DNA of 64,000 nucleotides from Psammoneis japonica (Eukaryota): NCBI GenBank assembly GCA_008632985.1, contig QPGO01000019.1, positions 620,001 to 684,000 of the forward strand, read 5' to 3'. Shown piece by piece: positions 61,537 to 64,000 of this stretch (position 1 is its first letter; each line of letters starts with the position of its first letter). The notes under the pieces were generated by a model. It saw only the letters and a program-made list of their open reading frames with translations, ran no database searches and was not told where the DNA came from. The position numbers and the translations under genes were made by a program.

Positions 61537-64000
61537 CTAGAGGCAACTCCCGCAAGTCTTTCGACACGCCTGATACCCTGTAGCCATTTGTCCGTCGCTT
61601 CCAATTCCTACTTCTTTACAGTTCTTCTTTCTATATTCTCCTACCCATTCGCATGTAAGTTTCTCGTCATTCGTACTGATCAGTTGCCAGCCTTCGTCAT
61701 CCTCGCACCCTTTTGAAGTGGCATTAGGGGATCTGCACATATTACATAGCCTTGGGCACGACTGGTATGCTGCTGTTGTTTTCCCGTCAAAAATTCCCAG
61801 GTTGTCACAATGACTGTATTTGTCTTGGAAATCAATTAGCTCACTGCATCGCGTGGCGTCTTGATTCCTCCACTTTGGATTATCCTGGCACATTCCGCTT
61901 AGAACACAAGTCCCACAGGTGTTTCTACAAGATTCATACGCCCAGGTTCTCTTTCCGTTGCGGTCAATGCCTTCCGCCTTGCATTTGTCCTCTGGCTTTG
62001 ATGCAACCCAAGTGCACGAAAACTTTTTTGTGTCTCTGCCAAGGAGACGCCATTCTTTGTCGTCTTGGCATTCTGTTGGTGGAATGATCTCGCCAACCGT
62101 GCACACGTTACAAGTGAGCGGACAAGCAACGAATCCTCGTTCAGCTCTGCCATTTAAGTCTCCGAATTCAATGCATTTCGAATATATCCTCTTCTTTATG
62201 TCATTGGCAAAATCACTACATTTCCTGCCGCCCCGTCTTCCTTCAATCCAACTGGGATTGTCTTGGCAGTCATAATCGTCGGAGTGCTCTGGTGCGGTGA
62301 CTTGGGGTGCTTCACCCTCGTTTGCGACTGATGTCCAAGAAGCCTTCAACCCTGGGCAAGAGCCACAAGTCCGTTGGCATGCCTGATACCCGCTGGATAT
62401 ATTACCGTTGCCATCCAGTCCATTCAATTTGCATTTTTTTACAACGTCCGGCGCAATGGTTCTACAAAAGTTGGTGCCACCGTACGGGTCAACATGCCGC
62501 CATTGCTCGTCATCTATGCATTTTGTCGCTTCGGTCGTGTCTGGTTTGCAAGTCTTGCACGAAAGCGGACAAGAATGAAAGGCTGTCGTAGTCACACCGT
62601 TGGCATTTCCCTCAACATCGCAACGAAAAAAAAGTTCCCTGTAAATGTCGAAGCATGTTCTCGCTTTGTGCTCATTGGATCGGGGTGAGGGAATCATCAT
62701 TTTCCAATCAGGATTGTCTCTGCAAACTCCGGAGAAACACGTGTCGCATGTTTTTCTACATGACTGGTACGCAAAGGTTGTCTTCCCATTTGCATTAATT
62801 CCTTTCATTCCACACTTCCTATCTGGACTGTCCGCAACCCACGCACAAGACTTGTCTTTCGTTCCATCGTGATGCCAAAATGCATCATCCTGGCATTCAT
62901 CCTTAAGTGTCTCGCCAAACTCACAGATTCCACACGTAAACGGACAATGCTTGAATGCGTGTTCAGATGCCTTGTTGGCCAATCCTGTTTTGGAGCATTC
63001 AGAGTACCTCTTGTTCCTTATATCGTGCTCAAGATCGTCGCAGGTCTGTTTACCTTGACCATAATCCCTCCAGTCGGGATTGTCTATACAAGCAGAGGCA
63101 CTCATGTATTTGGGGTCAGAAGATATTGCCGGTTGCATTGTGGGTGAGTCGCTGGGCAGGAAACTTGGGATTTCAGTGAGTTTTAGAGGCGACAATCTTG
63201 TTGGTTGGATTGTAGTTGCAATAGTAGGGCGAGAACTTGGAGTATTTTCACCATAGTTGGCGTTGGGAAGGGGGAAAATTGTTGGTCGTTTTGTAGGTGA
63301 GACACTTGGATGAGATCTTGGGGATTCGTTTTCAGCATTTTCGTAAAAAGGAGAAGGCCATGGCGTAGGTGAGACACTGGGCTGAAAACTTGGAAGTTCA
63401 TTGGGCTTTGGGGAGGGCATGCCTGTCGGTTGCGCTGATGGCTTGATCGTAGGATGAGAACTTGGCAATGTGGAAAATAAGCTAGGCGGAGACGTTGGAG
63501 ACGCAGTGGGAAACGGGCTAGGCGCAGAGGTTGGAGACGATGTTTTGACGTCACAAGCGCCACACGTTAAAGGGCAAGATTATAGCCTCTTGAAGGTTGC
63601 CCAAACTCATCAACACCCAAAAGCTTGCAACGGATAGAGGAGTTGGTTTGCAAATATTTGCATCTCTTTTCTATCCCTTTCGAGTTCTTAAAGACCCAAT
63701 TTTTATCGTCTTGGCAAGTTTCTGACTTGCCCGTTGGTGGTTGTGGTTCCGTTGGTAAGTCGTCGGAATTTTCAGTTTGCTTCTCTTTTTTCTTGTTCTT
63801 TTCCTCACCAAACAAAACCGTCTCAGCGTCTTTAAAAACTGCTCCTTTCGACACAAGGTTCCCTTCGAAATAAACTGCGTAGCTTCCTTCGCCATACTGA
63901 CAGCAAATCCCATCCGCCCCCGAGTCTCGAAGTGTGAAGGTGTACTGACTATTAGGCAAACAGAGCCGTTCAACGTTTACAGTTGCTTTACGGTAGCCAC
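61537..64000 (-). CDS. Extracellular Cys-rich repeat protein (ShKT-like C.D...W...C...C..TC..C repeats, PS/PT stalk); 5' end outside window; apparent frameshift ~63582
   Basis: About nine Cys repeats; upstream YTFTLRDSGADGICCQYGEGSY module; adding one base at ~63582 restores GY.SCPLTCGAC. Confidence 0.75.

Overview
Eukaryotic, gene-dense region with short introns, most likely from a pennate diatom (inferred from the gene families, not proven). Host genes: a SET/post-SET protein, a helicase-associated (HA) domain protein, an FAD-dependent oxidoreductase, an intronless FabH/KAS III-like synthase, a CRAL-TRIO protein, an ABCG transporter, five related secreted metallophosphoesterase-LamG-PT-Cys genes, NADP-GDH, LIS1, a secreted SET-like protein and a Cys-rich repeat protein. 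Mobile DNA: a complete Ngaro-type tyrosine-recombinase retrotransposon (split direct repeats A1...B1-A2-B2) with a nested 396-bp MITE, a complete PIF/Harbinger element (TIRs, TTA target duplication), and an 11.5-kb decayed block. Main discovery candidate: transposon interiors, the decayed block and one dead host paralogue have lost almost all TpA dinucleotides through TA->TG or TA->CA changes (A:T->G:C on either strand, preferring 5'-TAY), while CpG survives in the less decayed elements. This turns conserved Tyr into His/Cys, including the recombinase catalytic Tyr. It looks like a 'reverse-RIP', adenine-directed, DNA-level genome-defence mutator that I do not recognise as described. All counts are by eye, and a base-calling artefact must be excluded with independent reads.
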